Sequence record: SRR31156797_3768
DNA length: 20,000 nucleotides
Direction: 5' to 3' (one strand)
The position numbers and the translations under genes were made by a program. Shown piece by piece: positions 1 to 8,989 of the stretch. Under the pieces are notes generated by a model. It had not been told where the DNA came from. It worked only from the letters and a program-made list of their open reading frames with translations, and ran no database searches. Each line of letters begins with the position of its first letter. The stretch's first letter is position 1.

Positions 1-313
1 TCAGTTCGCTATGGGAAAGGGTGTTGATTTTTTTCATCAAGCGATTGCGTAATTCTGTCCCGAATCCTTGAGAAGCGACGGAAGCATAATACTGACAGAT
101 GACGGCACAGATCATCCCCACCACGGACATCACGATCATCCAGATCGTCATTTCAACGACCTTCGACCAATTGTTTTGCCGTAGGCCCTCATCGACTAAA
201 GCGGCCATCTGCAAAGGCAGAACCAATTCAAACACCGCTTCTAAAAATTTGAAAAACGGACCAAGAATAATCTGTTTGCGATAATCCTTGGCGTAGCGTA
301 ACAAGCTTATCAT
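1..313 (-). CDS. ABC exporter permease/ATP-binding subunit, N-terminal part only (runs off the window edge)
   Basis: Not in the ORF track. Manual translation from ATG 313: MISLLRYAKDYRKQIILGPFFKFLEAVFELVLPLQMAALVDEGL...QYYASVASQGFGTELRNRLMKKINTLSHSEL, typical of TM1-TM2 of heterodimeric multidrug ABC exporters. RBS AGGAGG at 325-320. Confidence 0.88.
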   Translation of the reverse strand, partial: MISLLRYAKDYRKQIILGPFFKFLEAVFELVLPLQMAALVDEGLRQNNWSKVVEMTIWMIVMSVVGMICAVICQYYASVASQGFGTELRNRLMKKINTLSHSEL

Positions 314-328
314 AAAAAACCTCCTAAA

Positions 329-868
329 TTATTTCGGATGAGCAGGATATTCACTGGCTAAACAGGCAAAAACCAAACTATCGGTCCATTCCCCCTTGTT
401 CCACCAGTCTTGGATAAAATGTGCTTCTTGGCGCAATCCAATCCGTTGGCAAAGCTTGGCTGAGGCCTGATTGCGGGCATCTAGCGTCGCTTGTACCCGA
501 TGGATCTTCTGACTGGCAAACAACCAGTCCATCAACTCTTTCAAGGCTTCTTGAGCAAACCCTTGTCCGCCAAATGACGGATGGAAGGCATAGCCGATTT
601 CAACGGAATACGGCTGACCAGTAGACCACACCGACAAATCGCCGATGACCGTTTGATCGTGTAGTACCGCCAAAGAAAGACCTGCTTGGTCCGTCAAGGT
701 GTGCTGTTGACATTTTTTGGCAAAAGCCGCCGCTGCCGTTTCTGTCTGCCAAGGCTCATGAAGTAAGAAACGGCAAACTTCCGCTTGCTGATAAATAGCA
801 AAGGTATCGGCAAAATCACTTTCTTGAAACGGACGGATCGTTAACCGTTCACTTTCCATACATACCAT
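329..868 (-). CDS. GNAT N-acetyltransferase, RimJ/RimL-like (179 aa)
   Basis: Motifs ESERLTIRPF, EIGYAFHPSFGGQGFAQEA, NQASAKLCQRIGLRQEA. Start moved to ATG 868 (GGAGG at 879-875). The stop abuts the ABC gene RBS, so they are probably co-transcribed. Confidence 0.88.
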   Translation of the reverse strand: MVCMESERLTIRPFQESDFADTFAIYQQAEVCRFLLHEPWQTETAAAAFAKKCQQHTLTDQAGLSLAVLHDQTVIGDLSVWSTGQPYSVEIGYAFHPSFGGQGFAQEALKELMDWLFASQKIHRVQATLDARNQASAKLCQRIGLRQEAHFIQDWWNKGEWTDSLVFACLASEYPAHPK

Positions 869-1017
869 AGACAGCCTCCATTTCTTTAGGGACATCTTAC
901 CATAGAACGAAATAGCCGAAAACATTATCAGAAAAATACAACAACTTTCTTGTAAAAGAGTGTAAATTTCATGAAAATTCTTTCTTTTACAATTAGAACT
1001 TGCCAGTTGCTGCCTAT

Positions 1018-1377
1018 TTACCACGCCTGCCAGCGGGCAAGAAAGGTTTTTTGCCAATCGCCCAAGGGCAAAATCACTCGCTGCATTTGAAAACGGTAGG
1101 TTTCCCCTTTATAAGTAAAGCGAATCGGGACGAGCATCCCTACAACAGGATCTTTGTGCTGTTTTTTTAGCTCAGCAAGCGGCACGATTTTGTGCTGCAG
1201 GACTTTTGTCGAGAAAAGATTCAATGCCAAAATCGTCAATTGCTGATCATCTAAGACGAGCAGGGTACGGCTGGTGATGGCATTGAAGGACTGCCATTTT
1301 GCATAGCCGATCACAGCTCCTTCCGTCAAATAGGGGGCTGCCAACGCTTGGAAGGTTTTTTTATTTAAAAGAAACAT
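1018..1377 (-). CDS. Hypothetical protein (119 aa), possibly bacterial PH-like fold
   Basis: AAGGAG RBS upstream. Beta-rich pattern (TLLVLDDQQLTILAL, IRFTYKGETYRF) with a C-terminal helix. The fold is inference only. Confidence 0.65.
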   Translation of the reverse strand: MFLLNKKTFQALAAPYLTEGAVIGYAKWQSFNAITSRTLLVLDDQQLTILALNLFSTKVLQHKIVPLAELKKQHKDPVVGMLVPIRFTYKGETYRFQMQRVILPLGDWQKTFLARWQAW

Positions 1378-1450
1378 GGGTAGAAAACTCCTTATAAGTT
1401 AGAATCGTTTTAGGCAGAGTGTCAACCATCATCGAACAGCGTGAAGACGC

Positions 1451-2383
1451 TTAATCAGTTGTAAATGGCTGCAGCATCCGCCGAACTTTTTCAGTATACG
1501 CCTGTTTGAGGGCTAACGGTTCGATTTCTTTGATGGTTGGCCCAAATTGCAAGAGAAAGTCAGCTAGAAAATCAAGCTCATTTTCGCTGATATAGCCATC
1601 CAAACAAAGCTCACTAGAGCGTTCGGTCACTCTCATGTCAGGATATCGTTCTTGCATAACTCGTTCTTTCACTTGCGGTATCAAGCGGATCTGATAGGCC
1701 AATGTTTGAGTTATTACTCGCTGTTGCGTCTGTTTTCTGGCTAACTGATCTAAGGGATAGCCCTTTGTTGTCGTTACAACAAGTCCCTGCATTGCATCAC
1801 AGCGATAGCGGCGAAAGGCCTGCTTTTGACAATCAAAGGCCAAACAATACCAGTAACCAGCACGAAAATCCAGCTGATAGGGTTGTACGGTCTTGTTCGT
1901 TTTTTGATAACGCTGATAGGTAAATTGGATGACCTGTTCTTGTACGATCGCTGAAAAAAGCGCTGAGAGGATCGGTGCACTCGTCAATTGAGGCACCCCT
2001 TGAAATGAAACCGCCGTCTCCATTTTTTCTAACCAGTCGGTATCTCCTTGATAAAAAGACTGCAAAAGTTTTCGCCGCAGCCCTTGATAGCTCCGATCAA
2101 AAGGAGAATCGGATAATTTTTGTAAGAGCTGTAAAGCAAAGAAAAGGGTATAACGTTCATTTTTGTCAAAGTACAAGGGGGTCAGTTGATTTTTTAAGAT
2201 CTGATAGCCGCCATAACGACCGGTTTCTACCACGAGAGGCAAGCCCAGCTCTTCCAACGATTGGACATCGCGGACGGCTGTGCGTTTTGAAATCGCAAAG
2301 GTTTTCATCAAATCAGCTAGATGAAAAGTGGTTTTTCCTTGTAAATACAATAGCTCCTGAGTTAAACGTTCTGATTTTTTCAT
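1451..2383 (-). CDS. YafY-family HTH-WYL transcriptional regulator (310 aa)
   Basis: N-terminal wHTH (MKKSERL...FAISKRTAVRDVQSLEELGLPLVVETGRYGGY) and WYL domain (VQPYQLDFRAGYWYCLAFDCQKQAFRRYRCDAM). GGAG RBS at 2393-2390. Confidence 0.9.
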   Translation of the reverse strand: MKKSERLTQELLYLQGKTTFHLADLMKTFAISKRTAVRDVQSLEELGLPLVVETGRYGGYQILKNQLTPLYFDKNERYTLFFALQLLQKLSDSPFDRSYQGLRRKLLQSFYQGDTDWLEKMETAVSFQGVPQLTSAPILSALFSAIVQEQVIQFTYQRYQKTNKTVQPYQLDFRAGYWYCLAFDCQKQAFRRYRCDAMQGLVVTTTKGYPLDQLARKQTQQRVITQTLAYQIRLIPQVKERVMQERYPDMRVTERSSELCLDGYISENELDFLADFLLQFGPTIKEIEPLALKQAYTEKVRRMLQPFTTD

Positions 2384-2398
2384 TTCATTCTCCAATGG

Positions 2399-2436
2399 TG
2401 CCAAGTTTTGGCAATATTCACAGTTACACTTATGGT
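2399..2436 (+). promoter_or_regulatory. Palindrome TGCCAA-GTT-TTGGCA overlapping a putative sigma-A promoter of the VOC gene
   Basis: Inverted repeat at 2399-2413. Its right arm TTGGCA (2408-2413) lies 17 bp from TATGGT (2431-2436). It sits in the 77-bp divergent spacer. Confidence 0.55.
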
Positions 2437-2460
2437 AACAAGAAAAGGAGGAACCAACAA

Positions 2461-2925
2461 ATGATCGAACCAAAAATCGCTTTATTTTTAACCTTAGACG
2501 GCAAAGCCCAAGAAGCCATCCACTTTTATCAGGAAACATTAGACGGGACCCTCTTATTCACCATCACCAACCAAGAATATCAAGAAAAACTTGATCCAAC
2601 ACTGGAGATTCTTGCAGGTCAAGAACAGTATCTTTCTCATTCCATCCTACAAATCGGAGATTTCCAGTTGCAGCTGGCTGACAATCCATTGATCGAAGGG
2701 GAGCCCATTCAAGCAGGGAATCACTTATCCTTGAGTTTGACGATAGACGACACCAAAACAGCTCAAAAGCTTTATCAACGACTAGTGGAAAAGGGCAGTC
2801 AGGTGATCCAGGCACCTAGTGAAAATCCGTTTGCGTTTTTTTATGCAAGTGTTCGCGATCCATTTGGTGTAATTATTCAGCTTACTGTCGAAAAAGAAGT
2901 TGATCCATCAAAAAAGGGTGAATGA
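2461..2925 (+). CDS. VOC-family (PhnB/glyoxalase-like) protein (154 aa)
   Basis: IALFLTLDGKAQEAIHFYQETLDG, HSILQIGDFQLQLAD, FYASVRDPFGVIIQL. AAGGAGG RBS before ATG 2461. Confidence 0.88.
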   Translation: MIEPKIALFLTLDGKAQEAIHFYQETLDGTLLFTITNQEYQEKLDPTLEILAGQEQYLSHSILQIGDFQLQLADNPLIEGEPIQAGNHLSLSLTIDDTKTAQKLYQRLVEKGSQVIQAPSENPFAFFYASVRDPFGVIIQLTVEKEVDPSKKGE

Positions 2926-3118
2926 AAAAAATCGTTTTTTAATAAAATATCCATAGAAGTTGACTAATTATCCAGCTTTCTTTCATCATCAGAATTATTT
3001 TTAAGGAATGTTTAAAGGACTTCACAGAAAAAGAATAAAACTTCTTAAAAAAATAGGCGGATCGCAAAAATTCTGGTACAATCGGGGAGAGCAATTCAGG
3101 AGAAATGAAGGAGGCACT

Positions 3119-4246
3119 ATGGATAGAAAGACGAGATATAAACAGCAAAGAGCCCACAAAGCGCGCAACAAACGCGTGATTATTGGAGGAATCTTTCTTT
3201 TCGCCATTGCAGGCATCGTTTTATTTGCCGGCTATACGTATTATGCAGCAAAAAATTCAGTGGATAAAATGTTTAAAGAATCCGCTGTAATCAGTTCCAA
3301 TAAAAGTAAAGAAGACAACTCATTGAAAGCTTCTGATGTTAATTCAAAGTTTGGGATCTTGCTGATGGGTGTCGATAATGACGCGGAACGTGAAAAGACA
3401 GAACATTTGGACAGTGCCCGTACCGACAGTTTGATTTACATGGTATATGATGGCGAAAACAAGAAAATCGATATGGTTAGTCTCCCTAGAGATATTTGGA
3501 CCAATATTTATGATGGAACAGGAACTGGGACAATTGCTACTACAGCCAAGATCAATAGTGCATTCACGATTGGTGAGGAAGACGCAACGATTGAAACAGT
3601 CCAAAACTACCTGCAATTGCCAATTGACTATTACGTAAACATCAATTTTACAAGTTTTGAAAAAATAATCGATGCGATTGGCGGAATCACTGTTGATGTG
3701 CCTTACGACATCAACAAGAAATATACTTCAGACAACACGGGAGAAACGTTGATTCCAGAAGGACGTCAATTGTTGAACGGTGAACAAGCCTTGATTTTTG
3801 CCCGTATCCGGAAAATGGATACTGATGTGGATCGAGGAAACCGTCAGCAAGAAGTTATTGAAGCAGCGATCCACCAAGCTTTGAAAATCAATAATGTCAC
3901 CAAGTACCAAGAAATTTTAGATTCTGTCAGCGAAGATGTGAATACAAACTTTAAGTTTGAAGACTTAGTATCTTTAGCGGGCAATATGTTGTCTGGGTTC
4001 GATATTCAAAAACATACCTTTGAATGGTACGATGGGGAATCTTATGATGGACAATCGATCGTATATATTCAAGACTATTCTTACAATGAAATCCGTAATG
4101 ATATGCTGAAAGCCTTAGGTCAAGCACCAGCAGATTCGCAAGCAGATGCCAATACAGAAACACAAACCGGTGTTGGAAACGAGACAGGTGCAGGAACTGG
4201 TGACGGATACGGCTCGGATGTCGTTGATGACGGAACCGGCTACTAA
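3119..4246 (+). CDS. LCP (LytR-CpsA-Psr) family cell-wall glycopolymer transferase (375 aa)
   Basis: Basic N-terminus and one TM helix, then ILLMGVD, ARTDSL, VSLPRD, KINSAF, LNGEQALIFARIRK, DVDRGNRQQEVI. AAGGAGG RBS; extended -10 TGGTACAAT at 3074-3082. Confidence 0.93.
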   Translation: MDRKTRYKQQRAHKARNKRVIIGGIFLFAIAGIVLFAGYTYYAAKNSVDKMFKESAVISSNKSKEDNSLKASDVNSKFGILLMGVDNDAEREKTEHLDSARTDSLIYMVYDGENKKIDMVSLPRDIWTNIYDGTGTGTIATTAKINSAFTIGEEDATIETVQNYLQLPIDYYVNINFTSFEKIIDAIGGITVDVPYDINKKYTSDNTGETLIPEGRQLLNGEQALIFARIRKMDTDVDRGNRQQEVIEAAIHQALKINNVTKYQEILDSVSEDVNTNFKFEDLVSLAGNMLSGFDIQKHTFEWYDGESYDGQSIVYIQDYSYNEIRNDMLKALGQAPADSQADANTETQTGVGNETGAGTGDGYGSDVVDDGTGY

Positions 4247-4253
4247 TCAAGAG

Positions 4254-4285
4254 AAAAAAGTCAGGAACATTCCTGACTTTTTTTT
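4254..4285 (+). terminator. Rho-independent terminator after the LCP gene
   Basis: AAAAAAGTCAGGAA-CA-TTCCTGACTTTTTTTT. Confidence 0.88.
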
Positions 4286-4426
4286 ATACCCTCAGACCTT
4301 TAAAAATCGATTGAAAACAAGTTCAGTCTCTCAAGCCGCTTTCGTTTGCATCTCAGAAGTGCAGTGCTATTCTTAAGAAAAGAAACAACTTGTTGCAGCA
4401 AGTCATACACTGGGGGAGGAACCATG

Positions 4427-5341
4427 ATGGAAAAACAGCAAGAACAAAAAGCCCGTAGAATCGTTTTGCTGACCCACGTCTTAGGGTTGATCATGAAAGC
4501 CATCGGCTACTTCTTTAGCGGCAGTGCTGTCTTGATGAACGAAAGTATCCATAGTCTGATCGATTGCATCAATCAAGGACTTCTAGCCATCGGTGAAAAC
4601 CGAGCACAGCGAGGACGCAGTGAACTGCATCAGTTTGGTGAAGGACGAGCGACCTATTTTTTTAGTACCGTAGTTGCCATGACAGTTTTTTTAGGCGGTG
4701 GGATTTTAGCGGTTGTTGAAGCCAGCCGTGATCTACTAGACCCAACCCACGAAGTGGAACAGCTCCAGCTGGTGGCAGCGATCTTATTTGTCAGTTTGTT
4801 CATTGAAGTGACGGCTGTACAAGAGGGATGGCAAGAAGTCAAAGAACAAAACAAGCAAAACCAGCCCCTCGTCCGTTTCTTAAAAGAAAGCCGCGATTCC
4901 GATCTGCTTTTAGGCTTCACGGAAAATTTGTTTGCCTTAGGCAGTGTGACGATCGCCATCGTAGGAATCTCATTGACTGCTTTGACAGGCAATCCGGTAT
5001 TTGATTCCCTCGGGGGCATTTTAGGTGGATTGTTGTTGATTGCTGCTGCTGTCTTTTTAGCCAAAGAATTTTATAGCCTTTTGATTGGCGAAGGGGCATC
5101 CGCATCGGATTTAATGGCGATCAAACAAATTTTAGCCGACCCTGCAATCATTCAAATCAAAGATTTACGAACCCTCCATCTAAGCCCAGAGGAACTTTTG
5201 ATCGTCGCCGACCTTAGCTTGAAACTAGCGCCGGATGAAGAACCAAGCACGTTTATTGATACCATTGAGCAGCAAATAAAGCAGGCTTTGCCTGAACTGA
5301 GGGTCTATTGCTATATCGAGAATGAGGAAATTACCTCTTAA
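4427..5341 (+). CDS. Cation diffusion facilitator (CDF) transporter
   Basis: Multiple TM segments; GSAVLMNESIHSLID (TM2 HxxxD), HQFGEGRATYFFS, TGNPVFDSLG, and a C-terminal domain (DLRTLHLSP). GGAGGA RBS at 4415-4420; alternative ATG at 4424. Confidence 0.9.
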   Translation: MEKQQEQKARRIVLLTHVLGLIMKAIGYFFSGSAVLMNESIHSLIDCINQGLLAIGENRAQRGRSELHQFGEGRATYFFSTVVAMTVFLGGGILAVVEASRDLLDPTHEVEQLQLVAAILFVSLFIEVTAVQEGWQEVKEQNKQNQPLVRFLKESRDSDLLLGFTENLFALGSVTIAIVGISLTALTGNPVFDSLGGILGGLLLIAAAVFLAKEFYSLLIGEGASASDLMAIKQILADPAIIQIKDLRTLHLSPEELLIVADLSLKLAPDEEPSTFIDTIEQQIKQALPELRVYCYIENEEITS

Positions 5342-5356
5342 AGTAGAATAAATACG

Positions 5357-5406
5357 AAGCATTCATCGGCTGATGATTCATCAATCAACCGATGAATGCT
5401 TGTTTT
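5357..5406 (+). terminator. Stem-loop terminator after the CDF gene
   Basis: AAGCATTCATCGG (5357-5369) pairs with CCGATGAATGCTT (5389-5401), followed by GTTTT. Confidence 0.72.
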
Positions 5407-5550
5407 GGGTAGTGGTGAGCTCGTGTTGAATGAACACAAAGGATCAATGGCTTGTTTTAACTTTAGGCTTTTCTGACGATCAGGAATTAGACTGTAAGCG
5501 GAAAGATCCAGTGATTTATCTATTTTTCTAGCAGTAAACAGTTTTTTTTG

Positions 5551-5579
5551 TTCAAAAGTTTGTGTTTTTTTGTTAAAAT
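5551..5579 (+). promoter_or_regulatory. Putative sigma-A promoter
   Basis: TTCAAA-N17-TAAAAT with an extended -10 TG at 5571-5572. Confidence 0.4.
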
Positions 5580-6113
5580 AAAGTAAGGACAGCGAGTGTT
5601 CTCTTTTTAAAGTTATTTTTTTGCTAGAGTTGTAACATTGTAAATCACAACATAGCGAAAGCTCAGGTTATTAAGAAAACGCCGAAACGAGTGCCTGTTT
5701 GCCATTACTGACATGCTGCCCAATCGACACCAAAAGCTGAGGTGCAAATTTTGTCACGACTGTTTTTTTACTTTACTTGTGAAGCAAAATCCTTTGCGAA
5801 CATCTTCATCCATGATAGGTTAGAAATATGCCGAATGGTTTTTTCACAAAGTACGTACATAGAAAGATCACTTGCGACTACCAAAAAAAGTTACTTCACT
5901 GTTCGCAAAATGATCGATGCTCATCACACATACCTTTTCCCTCAGCCAGTTAATCTGCGCTTGCTTTTCTTATTGGTTATATTCCCTTCAATCAGCAATT
6001 GCCTGAACCGATTCAAAATCAAAAAATGACTGTGCAAGGTATCTGTATCGCTTTATCCCTTCAGAAACGTGGAAACCCTCGGCAAGAAGTTTACAATTAA
6101 AAGGAGGAATTTG

Positions 6114-8780
6114 ATGGAAAAATTTTACCAGCAAAAGACTGAAGAGACCTTGAAACATTTTGAAAGTGACCGCAAGCAAGGCCTGAGCGGGAAAGAAGCC
6201 GACAAACGCTTAGAAAAATACGGAGAAAACACGATCCAGCAACAAGAATCCCTTTCTGTATGGGAATTGCTGTGGCATAACTTGAACAACTTGATTGTTT
6301 ATCTCTTGCTAGCAGCTGCGTTACTCTCTTTTGCGATGGGGGAAACGGTTGAAGGAATTGCAGTATTGATTGCCGTGGTGATTGCTGTAATGACAGGTTT
6401 CATTACAGAATTACGAGCACAAAAATCAATTGATTCACTTCAAAGCATGATTTACACTACCGCAAAAGTGATTCGTGATGGAGAAGTAATGGAGATCGAG
6501 TCGGCAAAGATCGTTCCAGGCGATATTCTCGTTTTGGAAGAAGGGGATGCTATTGCCGCAGATTCCCGCTTACTTGAAACGAGCAACTTTGCCTGCATCG
6601 AATCAGCGCTGACCGGTGAGTCAGAAGCTGTTGAAAAAGATGCACGAGAAACTTATGAAGAAGATGTTCCATTAGGCGATCGCCGCAATGTCGTTTTCGC
6701 AGGAACTGCGGCAACTCGGGGAAATGCCTATGCAGTAGTGACAGAAACCGGCATGAAGACCGAGGTTGGAAAAATCAGTGATATGCTGACGGGGGACAAA
6801 AAGCGTCAAACGCCGTTAGATATCGAATTGGACAAGCTTGGAAAAGCAATCATTATTGCAGCGCTTTTTGCCGCGATCGCGGTTTTGGTCGCAGGTATTT
6901 TGACGAATCAGCCATTTGTCGAAATGATCCATATCTCGATTATTTTAGCGGTCGCAGCCATTCCCGAAGCAATGCCAGCCGTTTCGACGATCACATTGTC
7001 TCGAGGCATGCGAACGATGGCCGAGCACAAAGCACTCGTCAAATCGTTATCAGCCGTAGAGACTCTTGGCGCAACCAGTATCATTGCCAGTGATAAAACG
7101 GGGACGCTGACAGAAAACCAAATGACGGTTGCTGAGATCATTTTAGGTTCTGGGGAAATGTTCAAAGTGACAGGAAATGGGTATGAACCCAACGGAAAAT
7201 TCTATAAGGCAGACTCGGATGATAATTCCGAGATCGACGCAACCAATCATGATGCGCTGCAAGGGATGGTTGCAAATGGCGCTTTATGTACCACCGCCAC
7301 TTTACGTGAAAACGAAGGGCAATACGAGATCCTCGGTGATCCAACGGATGGGGCGTTTGTCGTTTTAGGTCAAAAGATCGGCATCGATCGGCAAAAAGAG
7401 CAGGACAGCGGGCTGAAGAAAATCGCAGAAATGCCCTTTGATTCCGACAACAAATACATGGTGACCGTGTATGAAGGAGAGCAACGGACATTGATCATCA
7501 AAGGGGCACCAGATGTCTTAATTGATTTAGCTGATGCTGATGCCACAGAAAAAGAACAACTTCATGAATACAATGACACGTTAGCCAGTCATGGGCAGCG
7601 GGTGATCGCTGTCGGTTGCATCAAGGATTATCAAGGTGGGACGGACGAAGCAGAACTGAAAGCAGCATTACAGGAAATCAAGATCCAAGGCTTTGCGGGC
7701 ATCGTCGATCCGCCACGAACAGATGTCAAAGAGGCAGTGAAGGTCGCCCAAGAAGCGGGGATCCGAGTGAAGATGATCACGGGGGACCATCCGAAGACCG
7801 CATCAATGATCGCCAAAGAAATTGGCTTAAAAGATCATGAAAAAACCATGACAGGTCGCGAGATTGATGAATTGGCAGGGCAGGAAGGCTTTAACGAAAA
7901 AATCGAAGAAGTCGCTGTCTTTGCTCGAGTCTCTCCAAAAAATAAATTACAACTTGTGGAAGCCTTGCGTGAAGAAGGCGATATCGTTTCTATGACTGGC
8001 GATGGCGTTAACGATGCGCCGGCACTCAACGGCGCCGATATCGGGATCGCCATGGGGATTCGTGGGACAGAAGTAGCCAAAGAATCTTCCGATATGATTT
8101 TAACGGATGACCGTTTTGGAACAATCGTCGATGCCATCAAAGAAGGACGCATCATTTTTGACAACATCAAAAAATATGTTTCTTTCTTATTCTCATGTAA
8201 TATGGTTGAGATCGTGACGATCTTTTTAAGTGTCATCTTCTTGATGCCAATGCCGATCCAACCGCTGCATATCCTTTTCTTAAATCTAGTCATCGATATT
8301 GCGCCAGCAATGGCGTTAGCCTTTGAACCAGCAGAAGACGATATCATGAAACGTCAGCCACGGTCGAAAGCTGATGGCCTCGTCAACAAACGCTTCTTAG
8401 GACGCATCATTTTAAGTGGTGTTGTGATTGGTTTGGTGGCGTTTGGCTTCTTCAATTTCTTGATGTTGACGGATCACGAGTTGCTTTATGCACAAACAGC
8501 GACCTTTACCTTTATGGCAGTAGCACAATTGATGCATATTTTCAACGTTCGTAAGAGCAGCGGTTTTGGATTAGACAAAACTATCTTGAAAAACAAACCG
8601 TTGATGGGGGCATTGCTCCTTTCCGTAGGTTTGCAGCTTTCAGCAGTCTATGTACCGTTTATGAATGAGCTATTAGACACGATGCCAATTCAAGCTGGCA
8701 CGTGGGGGATCATCTTCGCTGCTGCAGCGATCTCTACACTGATTGTGATGGGCTTGAAGAAACTCTTCCAATTAAAATAA
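6114..8780 (+). CDS. P-type cation-transporting ATPase, type IIA (SERCA-like, likely Ca2+) (888 aa)
   Basis: ALTGES, AAIPEAMP, DKTGTLT, KGAP, DPPR, MITGD, MTGDGVNDAPAL. AAGGAGG RBS at 6101-6107. Confidence 0.93.
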   Translation: MEKFYQQKTEETLKHFESDRKQGLSGKEADKRLEKYGENTIQQQESLSVWELLWHNLNNLIVYLLLAAALLSFAMGETVEGIAVLIAVVIAVMTGFITELRAQKSIDSLQSMIYTTAKVIRDGEVMEIESAKIVPGDILVLEEGDAIAADSRLLETSNFACIESALTGESEAVEKDARETYEEDVPLGDRRNVVFAGTAATRGNAYAVVTETGMKTEVGKISDMLTGDKKRQTPLDIELDKLGKAIIIAALFAAIAVLVAGILTNQPFVEMIHISIILAVAAIPEAMPAVSTITLSRGMRTMAEHKALVKSLSAVETLGATSIIASDKTGTLTENQMTVAEIILGSGEMFKVTGNGYEPNGKFYKADSDDNSEIDATNHDALQGMVANGALCTTATLRENEGQYEILGDPTDGAFVVLGQKIGIDRQKEQDSGLKKIAEMPFDSDNKYMVTVYEGEQRTLIIKGAPDVLIDLADADATEKEQLHEYNDTLASHGQRVIAVGCIKDYQGGTDEAELKAALQEIKIQGFAGIVDPPRTDVKEAVKVAQEAGIRVKMITGDHPKTASMIAKEIGLKDHEKTMTGREIDELAGQEGFNEKIEEVAVFARVSPKNKLQLVEALREEGDIVSMTGDGVNDAPALNGADIGIAMGIRGTEVAKESSDMILTDDRFGTIVDAIKEGRIIFDNIKKYVSFLFSCNMVEIVTIFLSVIFLMPMPIQPLHILFLNLVIDIAPAMALAFEPAEDDIMKRQPRSKADGLVNKRFLGRIILSGVVIGLVAFGFFNFLMLTDHELLYAQTATFTFMAVAQLMHIFNVRKSSGFGLDKTILKNKPLMGALLLSVGLQLSAVYVPFMNELLDTMPIQAGTWGIIFAAAAISTLIVMGLKKLFQLK

Positions 8781-8818
8781 AATAAATTCTCCAGTATTTT
8801 CTCAATACCGGAGTAACG

Positions 8819-8903
8819 AAGACCCGCAGCCTAATGGCGCAACTTCGCCAAAGGATTCTTGATTCGATCCTTGATGAAGTTCGCCTAGCTGCGGGTCTTT
8901 TTT
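8819..8903 (+). terminator. Long imperfect hairpin with U-tail after the ATPase
   Basis: AAGACCCGCAGC (8819-8830) pairs with GCTGCGGGTCTT (8888-8899), with further inner pairing, followed by TTTT. Confidence 0.75.
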
Positions 8904-8911
8904 GCTTACTC

Positions 8912-8966
8912 TTTACAAGCAAAAGAAAATGATTTATACTTGACTAGTCAATAGTTGACAAGTCAA
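8912..8966 (+). promoter_or_regulatory. Sigma-A promoter with tandem palindromic operators (likely MarR sites)
   Basis: TTTACA (8912-8917)-N17-TATACT (8935-8940), then TTGACTAGTCAA (8940-8951) and TTGACAAGTCAA (8955-8966). Confidence 0.78.
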
Positions 8967-8989
8967 TGATGAAAGGAGCGGTTTATGCA

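Noticed and set aside
1975-2460. Long N-terminal ORF-track extensions (VOC; also GNAT, WYL, LCP, TetR)
   Set aside because: They overlap opposite-strand genes or promoters. The supported starts are downstream, with clear RBSs.
5631-5644. TGTAAC-AT-TGTAAA as a WalR box
   Set aside because: The spacer is 2 bp, not 5.
5793-5909. CGAAC/GTTCG as a LexA box
   Set aside because: The half-sites are ~100 bp apart rather than 4 bp.
5742-6029. 95-aa plus-strand ORF and short minus-strand ORFs in the gap
   Set aside because: No convincing RBS for the 95-aa ORF and no recognisable protein features. Joining the minus-strand fragments needs an unsupported frameshift.
5580-6113. M-box or yybP-ykoY riboswitch upstream of the ATPase
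   Set aside because: Only short scattered matches (TGCTGCCCAA, AAAGCTC) in the wrong order. The core motifs AGGTGAGGCT and GGGGAGTAGC...CAAGACC are absent.
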